Shown here piece after piece: positions 27,938 through 38,766 of a stretch of DNA of 64,000 bases. Position 1 is the stretch's first letter. Each line of letters starts with the position of its first letter. The position numbers were made by a program, and so were the translations under genes. The notes beneath the pieces are model-generated. The model was not told the origin of the DNA. It searched no databases and worked only from the letters and a program-made list of their open reading frames with translations. Source of the DNA: Escherichia phage vB_EcoM-pEK20; the sequence record MZ868638.1. One strand, 5' to 3'.

Positions 27938-29612
27938 ATTAAATCGTGTTCGTTATAAAAATATAATGTCTGTTGGGCAAAATTTTATCGATATCCAATT
28001 AGATAAAGTCCAAAAGACCTTAATCACAGGTAAAAATGGTGGTGGTAAATCTACGATGTTAGAAGCCATTACTTTCGGACTTTTCGGTAAACCATTTCGT
28101 GATGTTAAGAAAGGGCAAATCATTAATAGCACGAACAAGAAAGAGCTCTTAGTTGAGCTTTGGATGGAATTCGATGGTAAAAAATACTTCATTAAACGTG
28201 GCCAAAAACCCAATATTTTCGAAATCTCCGTTGACGGTGTTCGTCTTGATGAATCTGCCAGCAGTCGTGACTTCCAAGAAGAATTTGAACGCAGCATCGG
28301 AATGTCATACGCGTCTTTTAAACAAATCGTTGTGCTTGGGACGGCAGGGTATACCCCTTTCATGGCTCTTAGCACCCCTGCTCGCAGAAAACTTGTCGAA
28401 GACCTTTTAGAAGTCGGCACACTCGCTGAAATGGATAAAATCAATAAGTCTCAAGTTCGAGAACTTAATTCCCAGGGACAAGTTCTCGATGCCAAGAAAG
28501 ATGGTATTATCCAACAAATTAAGATTTATAACGAGAATATCGAACGTCAAAAGAAATTATCTGGTGATAATGTAGCGCGTCTACAGAATATGTATGACGA
28601 CCTAGCCAAAGAAGCTCGTTCATTAAAAGCAGAAATCGAAGAAGCTAATGAGCGACTACTTAATATCGTTCTTGATGAAGACCCTACTGAGGCATTCAAC
28701 AAGATAGGACAAGAAGCATTCTTGATTAAATCTAAAATCGACTCATATAACAAAGTTATTAAGATGTATCATGACGGTGGCACATGTCCTACTTGTGCAT
28801 CACAGTTGCACCAGGGTGATCCTATTGTCTCTAAGATTACCGATAAGCTTCACGAATGTAATCACTCATTCGAACAACTTACATGTCACAGAGATAATCT
28901 GAGTGTCTTAGTGGACGAATATAGAGCTAATGTTAAGACTAAACAGGACCTTGCATCTGATATTCGTACCAAGAAACAAGCAATGATTGCCACTATTGAT
29001 AAAGCTAAGAAAGTTAAAGCTGCAATAGAACAAGCCTCAGCGGAATTTATCGACCATGCCGATGAGATAGCTTTGCTTCAAAAAGAACTTGATAAAATCA
29101 TTAAAACAAAATCGGATATCGTTCTTGAAAAATACCATCGTGGTATTATCACAGATATGTTAAAAGATTCTGGTATTAAAGGTGCTATCATTAAAAAATA
29201 TGTGCCTCTGTTCAACAAACAGATTAACCATTATCTTAAAATCATGGAAGCTGATTACGTGTTTTCTATTGACGAAGAATTCAATGAATCTATAAAATCA
29301 CGTGGTCGTGAAGAGTTCAGTTATGCTTCATTTAGTCAAGGTGAAAAGGCACGTATCGATATCGCATTGTTGTTTACATGGCGAGATATTGCTGAAAAGG
29401 TCTCTGGTGTTAGAATCAATACATTAATTATGGACGAAGTCATGGATTCCGCGACTGATTCTGAAGGTATTAAAGCTATTTCAACAATTCTTAACTCTCT
29501 AACCGATGCAAACGTGTTTATAATTAGTCACAGAGACCATGACCCACAAGCTTATGGACAACATCTTCAAATGAGCAAAGTTGGACGATTTACTGTAATG
29601 ACTGTTTCATAA
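27924..29612 (+). CDS. 46: Recombination endonuclease subunit gp46 (Rad50-like)
   Basis: Walker A GKNGGGKST, zinc hook CPTC, near-identical to T4 gp46. Confidence 0.9.
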   Translation: MKTFKLNRVRYKNIMSVGQNFIDIQLDKVQKTLITGKNGGGKSTMLEAITFGLFGKPFRDVKKGQIINSTNKKELLVELWMEFDGKKYFIKRGQKPNIFEISVDGVRLDESASSRDFQEEFERSIGMSYASFKQIVVLGTAGYTPFMALSTPARRKLVEDLLEVGTLAEMDKINKSQVRELNSQGQVLDAKKDGIIQQIKIYNENIERQKKLSGDNVARLQNMYDDLAKEARSLKAEIEEANERLLNIVLDEDPTEAFNKIGQEAFLIKSKIDSYNKVIKMYHDGGTCPTCASQLHQGDPIVSKITDKLHECNHSFEQLTCHRDNLSVLVDEYRANVKTKQDLASDIRTKKQAMIATIDKAKKVKAAIEQASAEFIDHADEIALLQKELDKIIKTKSDIVLEKYHRGIITDMLKDSGIKGAIIKKYVPLFNKQINHYLKIMEADYVFSIDEEFNESIKSRGREEFSYASFSQGEKARIDIALLFTWRDIAEKVSGVRINTLIMDEVMDSATDSEGIKAISTILNSLTDANVFIISHRDHDPQAYGQHLQMSKVGRFTVMTVS

Positions 29613-29666
29613 ACGCTTTAACACGATGTGGTTATAATGACCACATCAAATTAAATGGAGAACAAC

Positions 29667-29855
29667 ATGGAGTATTCAACTGGCCAACATCTTCTCGTTG
29701 TCCCTGAAATTAAAAAATATGTTTTGACCAATACGTTTTCAGGTGAAGAACATATTGTTACTGAACAAATGCTCAAATCTGCTTTTAAAGATGAGTATAA
29801 TAAAATAATGTCTAATCGCAATTCCGCATGGACAGTTACCGACTTCTACGAATAA
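29667..29855 (+). CDS. Hypothetical protein
   Basis: Internal ATG of ORF 29655-29855. Confidence 0.3.
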   Translation: MEYSTGQHLLVVPEIKKYVLTNTFSGEEHIVTEQMLKSAFKDEYNKIMSNRNSAWTVTDFYE

Positions 29856-29867
29856 GAGAGAAATAAT

Positions 29868-30284
29868 ATGTTTACTACTGCTAAAGGTTTCACTGCTGCT
29901 GATCTGAAAGTTACTTCTATCCGTACTGACGCTAACCCACATAACCATAATCGTGTTCGTAAAGCATGGGTCCTGCATTGTGATGACGCAAGTGCTAAAA
30001 AGCTTCAATCTCTTCCACAAGAAACTCGTTTTATGATTTATGGTTTTATTGATAACGATGTATCTGATATGTGGATTCATCTGATGCGTAAGCACTATAA
30101 AGATTCTATTGAAGCCGGCGGAAAAATCGTTCTTGATAAAGATGGTTCTGAGCGTCTGGAAGATTTCTACTGTGTTGATGCCGACGAACAACTAATTGCA
30201 GCTGGCGAAATTGTTGCTTCTAAAATTCCAGAATATATTGAATCACTGCCTGAAGCTATTAAAAAGCAAATGGTTGCTGCATAA
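29868..30284 (+). CDS. rpbA: RNA polymerase binding protein RpbA-like
   Basis: Position between 46 and 45 and size; sequence not verified from memory. Confidence 0.4.
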   Translation: MFTTAKGFTAADLKVTSIRTDANPHNHNRVRKAWVLHCDDASAKKLQSLPQETRFMIYGFIDNDVSDMWIHLMRKHYKDSIEAGGKIVLDKDGSERLEDFYCVDADEQLIAAGEIVASKIPEYIESLPEAIKKQMVAA

Positions 30285-30324
30285 TAAATTTGTTAAACTT
30301 TGAATTGTCTTGAAAGGAAATAAA

Positions 30325-31011
30325 ATGAAACTGTCTAAAGATACTATCGCTATTCTGAAAAACTTTGCCTCTATTAACTCCGGCATTCTGCTGAGTCAAG
30401 GTAAATTTATTATGACTCGTGCAGTTAATGGCACAACTTATGCGGAAGCAAATATCTCTGATGAAATTGATTTTGACGTAGCACTTTATGATTTGAATAG
30501 CTTCTTAAGCATTTTGAGTCTAGTGTCTGATGATGCTGAAATTTCAATGCACACCGATGGCAATATTAAAATTGCAGATACACGTTCCACGGTTTATTGG
30601 CCTGCCGCTGACAAGAGCACCATTGTTTTTCCTAATAAGCCAATTCAATTTCCAGTGGCTTCTGTGATTACTGAAATTAAAGCTGAAGACCTTCAACAAT
30701 TGCTTCGAGTTTCACGTGGTCTTCAGATTGATACAATTGCTATTACAAATAAAGATGGTAAAATTGTTATCAATGGCTATAATAAAGTTGAAGATTCTGG
30801 ACTAACTCGTCCTAAGTATTCTTTGACTCTTACCGATTATGATGGTTCTAACAACTTTAACTTCGTAATCAATATGGCTAATATGAAAATCCAGCCAGGT
30901 AACTATAAAGTAATGTTGTGGGGAGCTGGTGATAAAGTTGCAGCCAAGTTTGAAAGCTCTCAAGTAAGTTATGTTATTGCGATGGAAGCCGATTCTACTC
31001 ACGACTTCTAA
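30325..31011 (+). CDS. 45: Sliding clamp gp45
   Basis: 228 aa from ATG 30325, near-identical to T4 gp45. Confidence 0.9.
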   Translation: MKLSKDTIAILKNFASINSGILLSQGKFIMTRAVNGTTYAEANISDEIDFDVALYDLNSFLSILSLVSDDAEISMHTDGNIKIADTRSTVYWPAADKSTIVFPNKPIQFPVASVITEIKAEDLQQLLRVSRGLQIDTIAITNKDGKIVINGYNKVEDSGLTRPKYSLTLTDYDGSNNFNFVINMANMKIQPGNYKVMLWGAGDKVAAKFESSQVSYVIAMEADSTHDF

Positions 31012-31086
31012 GTCAAAGCTTTACGTTTAATGTAGTACTATTATGGAGGAGAAATCCTCCAGTTTAATGATAATGAGGAAAATTAC

Positions 31087-32049
31087 ATGATTACTATCAA
31101 TTCCAAAGAACACATTCTAGAACAGAAATATCGTCCTTCTTCCATTGACGAATGTATTCTGCCTGCGTATGACCATGAAACATTCAAGTCTTTAGTATCT
31201 AAAGGAAAACTTCCTCATATTATTTTGCACTCTCCTTCTCCTGGTACAGGTAAAACAACCGTAGCAAAAGCATTATGTAATGATATCAATGCCGAAATGA
31301 TGTTCGTCAACGGTTCTGATTGTAAGATTGATTTTGTGCGTGGTCCGTTAACCGCATTCGCTCGTTCAGTCTCAATGGAAGGCAAGCCTAAAGTTATTGT
31401 TATTGATGAATTTGACCGTAGTGGCCTCGCCGAATCACAACGTCACCTTCGTACATTCATGGAAGAATTCTCTAGTAACTGCTCTATTATTATTACTGCT
31501 AACAACATCGATGGAATTATTGAACCATTACGTAGTCGTTGTCGAGTTATCGAATTCGGACGTCCAACCGAAGAAGATAAAATCTCGATGATGAAGAAAA
31601 TGATTCATCGTATGGTTGAAATCTGTAAGAACGAAAATATCGAAATCGCTGATATGAAAGTTGTTGCAGCTCTGGTTAAAAAGAACTTCCCGGACTTTCG
31701 TCGCACAATTGGACAATTAGACCAGTACTCGTCTAAAGGTGTTCTTGATGCGGGTATTTTGTCTATCGTAACTAATGACCGTGGCACGGTCTCTGATGTT
31801 ATCGAAGCAATGAAGAACAAAGATATCAAACAGCTTCGTGCATTAGCTCCAAAATATGCCGCAGATTATTCATGGTTCATCGATAAATTAGTTTCAGAAT
31901 GTTATGACCAAGTTGCACCTGGTAAAAGTATTATTTCGCTTTATGAAATTGCAGGCGAAAACAATAAGTTTCATGGATTAGCAAGTAATATTGAATTACA
32001 TGTTATGTATATGCTTCTTCAACTGACCTGCGAACTGACTTGGAAATAA
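31087..32049 (+). CDS. 44: Clamp loader large subunit gp44 (AAA+)
   Basis: Walker [11 protein letters not shown]; matches T4 gp44. Confidence 0.9.
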   Translation: MITINSKEHILEQKYRPSSIDECILPAYDHETFKSLVSKGKLPHIILHSPSPGTGKTTVAKALCNDINAEMMFVNGSDCKIDFVRGPLTAFARSVSMEGKPKVIVIDEFDRSGLAESQRHLRTFMEEFSSNCSIIITANNIDGIIEPLRSRCRVIEFGRPTEEDKISMMKKMIHRMVEICKNENIEIADMKVVAALVKKNFPDFRRTIGQLDQYSSKGVLDAGILSIVTNDRGTVSDVIEAMKNKDIKQLRALAPKYAADYSWFIDKLVSECYDQVAPGKSIISLYEIAGENNKFHGLASNIELHVMYMLLQLTCELTWK

Positions 32050-32050
32050 T

Positions 32051-32614
32051 ATGAACTTATTCGATGATGACGTCCAGCTTAACGAGCACCAAATTGCATG
32101 GAAGTCTAATGACGCTGATGCGATTCAAAAATGTGCTGATATGTTTAAAGAAAAACCTGAGAATGAATTCTTTAAAATCATTAATGCTATTAATGAAAAG
32201 AAATCTATGTCAATTGCTCAGGTCGACTACTCAAAATTTATGGTTGAGAACTCATTATCCCAGTTCCCAGAATGTATGCCAGCTGTTTACATGATGAACT
32301 TAGTCGGTTCTGAATTAAGTGATGAAGCGCACTTCAACTATATGATGGCGGCAATTCCGCGTGGTCGTCGATTCTCTAAATGGGCTAAACTAGTCGAAGA
32401 CACTTCAGAGTTACTAGTTATCAAACTGTTGATGAAACATTACACAATCAACATGAATGATGCTACTGAGTATAAGCGGCTCCTTGAAAAAAATAACAAG
32501 TTGCCAATAGTCCTTAAAGAACTGAAGGCCATGGTCACTGATGAGTTTCTCAAAGAAGTTACAAAAAATGTGAAAGAACAAAAACAATTTAAAAAATTAG
32601 CATTGGAATGGTAA
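32051..32614 (+). CDS. 62: Clamp loader small subunit gp62
   Basis: 187 aa, position and similarity to T4 gp62. Confidence 0.85.
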   Translation: MNLFDDDVQLNEHQIAWKSNDADAIQKCADMFKEKPENEFFKIINAINEKKSMSIAQVDYSKFMVENSLSQFPECMPAVYMMNLVGSELSDEAHFNYMMAAIPRGRRFSKWAKLVEDTSELLVIKLLMKHYTINMNDATEYKRLLEKNNKLPIVLKELKAMVTDEFLKEVTKNVKEQKQFKKLALEW

Positions 32615-32616
32615 AA

Positions 32617-32985
32617 ATGATTGAAATTAAATTGAAGAACCCTGAAGATTTTCTGAAAGTCAAAGAGACTTTGACCCGTATGGGCATCGCTAATAACAAG
32701 GATAAAGTCCTTTACCAGTCTTGTCATATCCTCCAAAAGCAAGGTAAATACTATATCGTCCACTTTAAAGAAATGCTGCGTATGGACGGACGTCAGGTTG
32801 ATATTGATGGTGAAGACTATCAGCGACGTGATTCGATTGCTCAGTTGCTTGAAGACTGGGGATTGATTGTTATTGAAGACTCTGCTCGTGAAGATCTGTT
32901 TGGTCTGACTAATAACTTCCGCGTTATCTCTTTTAAACAGAAAGATGACTGGACTTTGAAAGCAAAATATACAATTGGTAATTAA
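32617..32985 (+). CDS. regA: Translational repressor RegA
   Basis: MIEIKLKNPEDFLKVKETLTRMGIANNKDKVLYQSCHILQK... matches T4 RegA. Confidence 0.9.
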   Translation: MIEIKLKNPEDFLKVKETLTRMGIANNKDKVLYQSCHILQKQGKYYIVHFKEMLRMDGRQVDIDGEDYQRRDSIAQLLEDWGLIVIEDSAREDLFGLTNNFRVISFKQKDDWTLKAKYTIGN

Positions 32986-32989
32986 AGCA

Positions 32990-33010
32990 ATGGGACTTCG
33001 GTCCCATTTG
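32990..33010 (+). terminator. Rho-independent terminator (UUCG loop)
   Basis: TGGGAC-TTCG-GTCCCA then TTT. Confidence 0.5.
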
Positions 33011-33066
33011 GAGTATAATAAGTTCATCAACAAACAAAAGACAATAACTCGTCTAAAGGAAATTAA

Positions 33067-35778
33067 ATGAAAGAATTTTACTTAACGGTTGAACAGATTG
33101 GTGATTCAATTTTTGAACGTTACATCGATTCTAACGGTCGTGAACGTACTCGTGAAGTAGAATATAAACCATCACTGTTTGCTCATTGTCCAGAAAGTCA
33201 GGCTACGAAATATTTCGATATCTACGGTAAGCCGTGTACTCGTAAGTTGTTCGCCAATATGCGTGATGCCTCCCAATGGATTAAACGCATGGAAGATATC
33301 GGACTTGAAGCACTTGGCATGGACGATTTCAAATTGGCGTATTTGTCCGACACTTATAACTATGAAATAAAATACGACCATACAAAAATTCGTGTGGCTA
33401 ACTTCGACATCGAAGTAACATCTCCAGATGGGTTCCCTGAGCCATCACAAGCAAAACATCCGATTGATGCTATCACTCATTATGACTCAATTGACGACAG
33501 GTTCTACGTATTTGACCTTTTGAATTCTCCATACGGTAATGTAGAAGAATGGTCTATCGAAATTGCGGCTAAGCTTCAAGAACAAGGTGGTGATGAAGTT
33601 CCATCCGAAATTATCGATAAAATCATTTATATGCCGTTTGATAACGAAAAAGAATTGTTGATGGAATATCTCAACTTCTGGCAACAGAAAACTCCTGTCA
33701 TTTTGACTGGATGGAACGTTGAGTCATTTGATATTCCATATGTGTATAACCGAATCAAGAATATTTTTGGCGAATCTACTGCGAAACGTTTATCACCACA
33801 TCGTAAAACTCGTGTTAAAGTTATCGAAAACATGTATGGTTCTCGTGAAATCATTACATTGTTCGGTATCTCTGTTCTTGATTACATTGACCTTTACAAA
33901 AAATTCTCTTTTACCAATCAACCATCATATTCTCTGGATTACATTTCAGAATTTGAATTGAACGTTGGTAAACTGAAATATGACGGCCCTATTTCTAAGC
34001 TTCGTGAAAGCAATCACCAACGATATATTTCTTATAACATTATCGACGTATATCGTGTATTGCAAATTGACGCTAAGCGTCAGTTCATCAACTTGAGTTT
34101 GGACATGGGTTATTATGCTAAGATACAGATTCAATCTGTGTTTAGCCCAATTAAAACATGGGATGCTATTATTTTTAATAGCCTTAAAGAGCAGAACAAG
34201 GTGATTCCACAAGGTCGTTCTCACCCGGTTCAACCTTATCCAGGCGCTTTTGTTAAGGAACCTATTCCAAATCGGTACAAATATGTAATGAGTTTCGACC
34301 TTACATCTCTGTATCCAAGTATTATTCGCCAAGTGAATATTAGCCCAGAAACAATAGCAGGAACGTTTAAAGTAGCTCCATTGCATGATTATATTAACGC
34401 TGTTGCTGAACGTCCTTCTGATGTGTACAGTTGTTCTCCTAACGGCATGATGTATTATAAAGACCGTGACGGTGTTGTTCCAACTGAAATCACTAAGGTC
34501 TTTAATCAACGTAAAGAACATAAAGGTTACATGCTTGCAGCTCAACGTAATGGTGAAATAATTAAAGAGGCATTGCATAATCCTAATCTTTCTGTTGACG
34601 AACCATTAGATGTTGATTATCGTTTCGACTTCAGTGATGAGATTAAAGAAAAGATTAAAAAGTTGTCTGCTAAATCTCTTAACGAAATGTTGTTTAGAGC
34701 TCAACGTACTGAAGTTGCAGGTATGACTGCCCAAATTAACCGTAAATTGCTTATCAACTCACTTTATGGTGCACTTGGCAACGTTTGGTTCCGTTATTAT
34801 GATTTGCGTAATGCTACTGCAATCACAACATTCGGGCAAATGGCTTTACAGTGGATTGAACGTAAAGTTAATGAATATTTGAATGAAGTTTGTGGCACAG
34901 AAGGTGAAGCTTTCGTTCTTTATGGTGATACAGACTCTATTTACGTATCTGCTGATAAAATTATCGATAAGGTTGGTGAATCTAAATTCCGTGATACCAA
35001 CCATTGGGTAGACTTCTTAGATAAGTTTGCACGTGAACGTATGGAACCAGCTATTGATAGAGGTTTCCGTGAAATGTGTGAATACATGAACAATAAACAA
35101 CACTTAATGTTCATGGACCGAGAAGCTATCGCTGGGCCTCCACTCGGTTCTAAAGGTATTGGTGGATTCTGGACTGGTAAGAAACGTTATGCATTAAACG
35201 TGTGGGATATGGAAGGTACTCGTTACGCTGAGCCTAAACTCAAAATCATGGGTCTAGAGACTCAGAAATCTTCGACTCCTAAAGCAGTACAGAAAGCTCT
35301 TAAAGAATGTATTCGTCGTATGCTTCAAGAAGGTGAAGAATCATTACAAGAATATTTTAAAGAGTTTGAAAAAGAATTCCGTCAATTGAATTATATTAGC
35401 ATCGCGTCGGTATCTTCTGCGAATAACATTGCTAAATATGATGTAGGTGGATTCCCTGGTCCCAAATGCCCGTTCCATATTCGTGGAATTCTGACGTATA
35501 ACCGGGCTATCAAAGGTAATATCGATGCACCACAAGTTGTAGAAGGTGAAAAAGTATATGTTCTGCCTTTACGTGAAGGAAACCCATTCGGTGATAAATG
35601 TATCGCATGGCCTTCTGGTACTGAAATCACAGATTTAATTAAAGACGATGTACTTCATTGGATGGACTACACTGTTCTCCTTGAGAAGACATTTATTAAA
35701 CCACTTGAAGGATTCACATCAGCAGCGAAACTCGATTACGAGAAGAAAGCATCTCTGTTCGATATGTTCGATTTTTGA
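33067..35778 (+). CDS. 43: DNA polymerase (family B)
   Basis: 903 aa; matches RB69 gp43 (MKEFYLTVEQIGDSIFERYIDSNGRERTREVEYKPSLFAHCPESQATKYFDIYGKPC...) as recalled; motifs DIE exonuclease, YGDTDS. Confidence 0.97.
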   Translation: MKEFYLTVEQIGDSIFERYIDSNGRERTREVEYKPSLFAHCPESQATKYFDIYGKPCTRKLFANMRDASQWIKRMEDIGLEALGMDDFKLAYLSDTYNYEIKYDHTKIRVANFDIEVTSPDGFPEPSQAKHPIDAITHYDSIDDRFYVFDLLNSPYGNVEEWSIEIAAKLQEQGGDEVPSEIIDKIIYMPFDNEKELLMEYLNFWQQKTPVILTGWNVESFDIPYVYNRIKNIFGESTAKRLSPHRKTRVKVIENMYGSREIITLFGISVLDYIDLYKKFSFTNQPSYSLDYISEFELNVGKLKYDGPISKLRESNHQRYISYNIIDVYRVLQIDAKRQFINLSLDMGYYAKIQIQSVFSPIKTWDAIIFNSLKEQNKVIPQGRSHPVQPYPGAFVKEPIPNRYKYVMSFDLTSLYPSIIRQVNISPETIAGTFKVAPLHDYINAVAERPSDVYSCSPNGMMYYKDRDGVVPTEITKVFNQRKEHKGYMLAAQRNGEIIKEALHNPNLSVDEPLDVDYRFDFSDEIKEKIKKLSAKSLNEMLFRAQRTEVAGMTAQINRKLLINSLYGALGNVWFRYYDLRNATAITTFGQMALQWIERKVNEYLNEVCGTEGEAFVLYGDTDSIYVSADKIIDKVGESKFRDTNHWVDFLDKFARERMEPAIDRGFREMCEYMNNKQHLMFMDREAIAGPPLGSKGIGGFWTGKKRYALNVWDMEGTRYAEPKLKIMGLETQKSSTPKAVQKALKECIRRMLQEGEESLQEYFKEFEKEFRQLNYISIASVSSANNIAKYDVGGFPGPKCPFHIRGILTYNRAIKGNIDAPQVVEGEKVYVLPLREGNPFGDKCIAWPSGTEITDLIKDDVLHWMDYTVLLEKTFIKPLEGFTSAAKLDYEKKASLFDMFDF

Positions 35779-35818
35779 TATAATGTCATGGACGGTAAAC
35801 TAATTAAATGAGAGAAAT

Positions 35819-36454
35819 ATGAAAACTACTCCTATTACTATCGCTATTGACGCAATCATAAAACAAGCTTCTTCTTTGGCCGCTATGGCCAAAGTAATTA
35901 GTCAAAACCCTGCTCGTTATAATGCTATTCTAGAAACTCTTCGACGCCCGGGACTTAGTAATTATGAAAGTCGTGTAATTATTACAGGTGTGGGTAAGAA
36001 TGCTAATATTGCAACTAAAGCTTCTGAGACATTTGCTTCACTTGGTATCCCGAGTATGTACTTGAACACCGGGCATTATTCTCACGGTGATGCAGGATTC
36101 ATTGCGCCTAATGATGTGTTGATTCATATTAGTCGTTCTGGTAAAACTGAAGAAATGATAGGCGTGGCTAAGCATCTTAAAATGATTCGTCCGAACGTCA
36201 AACAGATTCTGTTGCATTGTAACCCAGACATTCCACAAGAAAATGAAGCCCTTTTTGATTACTCTTTCTGTACAGGCATCGCAGTAGAGGTTGATGAGAA
36301 TTCTCTGGCTCCGACTATGTCCACTACATTGTTGTTAGCGCTTATCGATACGTTTGCTATCAACCTTTCGTCTGAACGTGGATTTACCTCTAATGACTTC
36401 CTTAAGTTCCACCCTGGCGGTGCACTAGGTGCCATGTTACGAGGCGAACAATGA
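35819..36454 (+). CDS. SIS-domain sugar-phosphate isomerase, KdsD/GutQ-like (D-arabinose-5-phosphate isomerase family)
   Basis: GVGKNANIATKASETFASLGIPS...HGDAGF...HISRSGKTEE...LAPTMSTT...RGFTSNDFLKFHPGGALG parallels the E. coli KdsD SIS domain motif for motif. Confidence 0.75.
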   Translation: MKTTPITIAIDAIIKQASSLAAMAKVISQNPARYNAILETLRRPGLSNYESRVIITGVGKNANIATKASETFASLGIPSMYLNTGHYSHGDAGFIAPNDVLIHISRSGKTEEMIGVAKHLKMIRPNVKQILLHCNPDIPQENEALFDYSFCTGIAVEVDENSLAPTMSTTLLLALIDTFAINLSSERGFTSNDFLKFHPGGALGAMLRGEQ

Positions 36455-36635
36455 AAGCAATAACAATAGGACTTTTACTATTGATGCTTGTCATGACTAT
36501 CTACTGGAGCTTAACGGCTCCAGTAATGATTCCGACTCTTATAATCGGATGGATTATGATTGGACTACAAGCAAAGTATGAATGCTTTAACTAGAATAGT
36601 GTACAATACTCCTACTTACCAATGAGGACCACAAC

Positions 36636-38324
36636 ATGAAAAAAGCTGTTATTCTTGGTGCTGGACTGGCAACTCGTTTGTATCCAATAACGCATCATAT
36701 TCCTAAGGTGCTTGTTAACTATAAACAAGACACTATTCTGAGCAATTTGTATACAATTTATTCTGACCTTGGCGCAGATGAAATTATTGTAGTAGTTCAT
36801 TCAAAATTTGCTGAAACTGTTCGAGCTTATTGTGAGCAAGAAGGGTTCAATGTGACTATTCGTACAGTTGATGAAGCGTATGGTTCCGCTTATGCTCTTG
36901 CTAAATTACACAAAGATTTAGACGGCCATAATGTAATTGTTAACTGGTGTGATATTATTCCCGATTTTGGTTCATGGTCTTGGAATGTTAACGCAATCTA
37001 TGTTAAGGGCGACGAATGTCGTTATAATTTCGACGGTGAAAATATCACTAACGTAGGTTCAACAGGTGGTAATGTTGTAGGAATTTATCAGTTCAAAGAC
37101 TGGGAATTCTATATGGGTTCTACTGATGAGGAAATTCATGAATACTGCAAAGGACGTGATTTCGTAGAATTCCTTTACGGCAGCGCATTCAATAAATCAG
37201 AGCTTATGAATATCATCGACCTTGGTGATATGCCTAAACTTGAAAAAGCTCATGAAGTTCGTGAACTTAATCGTAGTTTTAATGCAGTTGAAATTGGCGA
37301 AGAAACGGTAACAAAGATTGCTTTAACAGAACAGGGCGTTGCACTTCAAAAAGATGAAGTCAATTGGTATAAGAAAGTTAAATCAGATTCAGTTCCACGG
37401 ATTGTAAGTTATCATCCTGGCGGCCACTTTATTATGGAACGCATTAAAGGTAAGCCAGCATTTGAATATATTAAATCCAAATCGAGTCTTGCTCGTCCAC
37501 AAATTGTTGATGCAATTTTAGACGCACTGAAATTCAGCACAGACACTTATTTTGTAAGTCCTGAAACTGTTCGTCGTGATTTCACTAAAGAATTCTATAC
37601 GAAAGTTATTGATCGTTGTGAAAGTATTCAACCATTGATTGATTCATTTGGTAAAATCACACATGTGAACTACACTAAGATTGGGCGTCTGAAGCCAATG
37701 CTGAAACAAGCTTTAGAACACCTTATTCGTTATCATAACCGTTCTCAGGGACAGTACTCTGTTATTCATGGTGACCCGAACTTCAGTAATACTATGATTA
37801 CTGATAATGGTGAAGTCAAGTTTATCGACCCTCGTGGATATTTTGGTGAAACCAAGATTTATGGGCCAAAATTGTATGATGAAGCTAAAGTGCTTTATGC
37901 TGTTTCAGGTTATGATGAATTCAACGCTAATCCGACCTGGGGTCAGTTTACTATTGATGAAACAACTTGTAATGTGACTATTAACATCAATCCATTAGTT
38001 TACAAATATGGAAAGATGAGTTCGTTTAATGAGTATCATCATTTGGCTGTAGCAATTATCTGGATTGCATTAGGTGGTTATTTCAAGAATAATCCACTTA
38101 AAGCGGTAGCCGCATATTATAAAGGTATGGAACTTCTGACTAAGCAATTACGTAACATGGGCCGTGTACTTCAGGACGGCACTATTAGTTATGATGTAGC
38201 AGAACCTGTAACGGCTACTCTGATTACAAAAAATCCTGGTAAATGGGTACTAACTGATAAAGAAACTGGTGTTTCTTATCGTCCAATCGGTGGCGATATC
38301 ACTCATCAATGGGAACGAATCTAA
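36636..38324 (+). CDS. Bifunctional sugar-1-phosphate nucleotidyltransferase (N-term) / APH-like sugar kinase (C-term)
   Basis: N-term KAVILGAGLATRLYPIT...PKVL is the GxGTRLxPxT nucleotidyltransferase signature; C-term IHGDPNFSNTMI plus KFIDPRGYFG is the HGDxxxxN / D-x-G catalytic pair of APH/choline-kinase-fold kinases. Confidence 0.7.
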   Translation: MKKAVILGAGLATRLYPITHHIPKVLVNYKQDTILSNLYTIYSDLGADEIIVVVHSKFAETVRAYCEQEGFNVTIRTVDEAYGSAYALAKLHKDLDGHNVIVNWCDIIPDFGSWSWNVNAIYVKGDECRYNFDGENITNVGSTGGNVVGIYQFKDWEFYMGSTDEEIHEYCKGRDFVEFLYGSAFNKSELMNIIDLGDMPKLEKAHEVRELNRSFNAVEIGEETVTKIALTEQGVALQKDEVNWYKKVKSDSVPRIVSYHPGGHFIMERIKGKPAFEYIKSKSSLARPQIVDAILDALKFSTDTYFVSPETVRRDFTKEFYTKVIDRCESIQPLIDSFGKITHVNYTKIGRLKPMLKQALEHLIRYHNRSQGQYSVIHGDPNFSNTMITDNGEVKFIDPRGYFGETKIYGPKLYDEAKVLYAVSGYDEFNANPTWGQFTIDETTCNVTININPLVYKYGKMSSFNEYHHLAVAIIWIALGGYFKNNPLKAVAAYYKGMELLTKQLRNMGRVLQDGTISYDVAEPVTATLITKNPGKWVLTDKETGVSYRPIGGDITHQWERI

Positions 38325-38710
38325 TGCACCGTGTAGAAAACATGCTTAATCTTTGTTTTGATGTCGATGATTGTATAACAGAGTGGAATAACAACCGTGA
38401 TTACGTGAACTTCAAACCAGACGTCGAAATGGTGACTGCCATTAATGCCCTGTACGATGCAGGGCATACCATAACGCTTTACACTGCTCGCGGTATGAAG
38501 TCAGTCGGTCCTGGTCGTATAGCAATTGACATTCTCCCAAGTCTGATTCAGAACTTGGCAAACATTGGATTGAAGTACCATAATTTGCTAACACATAAAC
38601 CAGTATATGATTGGATTATCGACGACAAAGCTATGCGTCCTGACGAATTCAAAGCTCTTATGAATAAAGGCGAATTCGAAACATTTAAATCGTATAAACC
38701 GAATCTATAA
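38324..38710 (+). CDS. HAD-superfamily phosphatase, KdsC-like
   Basis: FDVDDCIT (KdsC FDVDGVLT), TLYTAR, IIDDKAM (motif IV DD); start 38324 overlaps upstream stop, alternative 38309. Confidence 0.6.
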   Translation: MHRVENMLNLCFDVDDCITEWNNNRDYVNFKPDVEMVTAINALYDAGHTITLYTARGMKSVGPGRIAIDILPSLIQNLANIGLKYHNLLTHKPVYDWIIDDKAMRPDEFKALMNKGEFETFKSYKPNL

Positions 38711-38766
38711 TAATTTAAGTAAGACCTGCAAAAACCATCGCGTCAATTAACGTGAGATGCAAAAAA

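Noticed and set aside
33946-34578. 210-aa minus-strand ORF inside the DNA polymerase gene
   Set aside because: Antisense to a near-certain + strand gene; composition typical of spurious reverse-frame ORFs. The same applies to other minus ORFs in the track such as 32440-33033, 27953-28444, 29739-30191 and 53632-54111.
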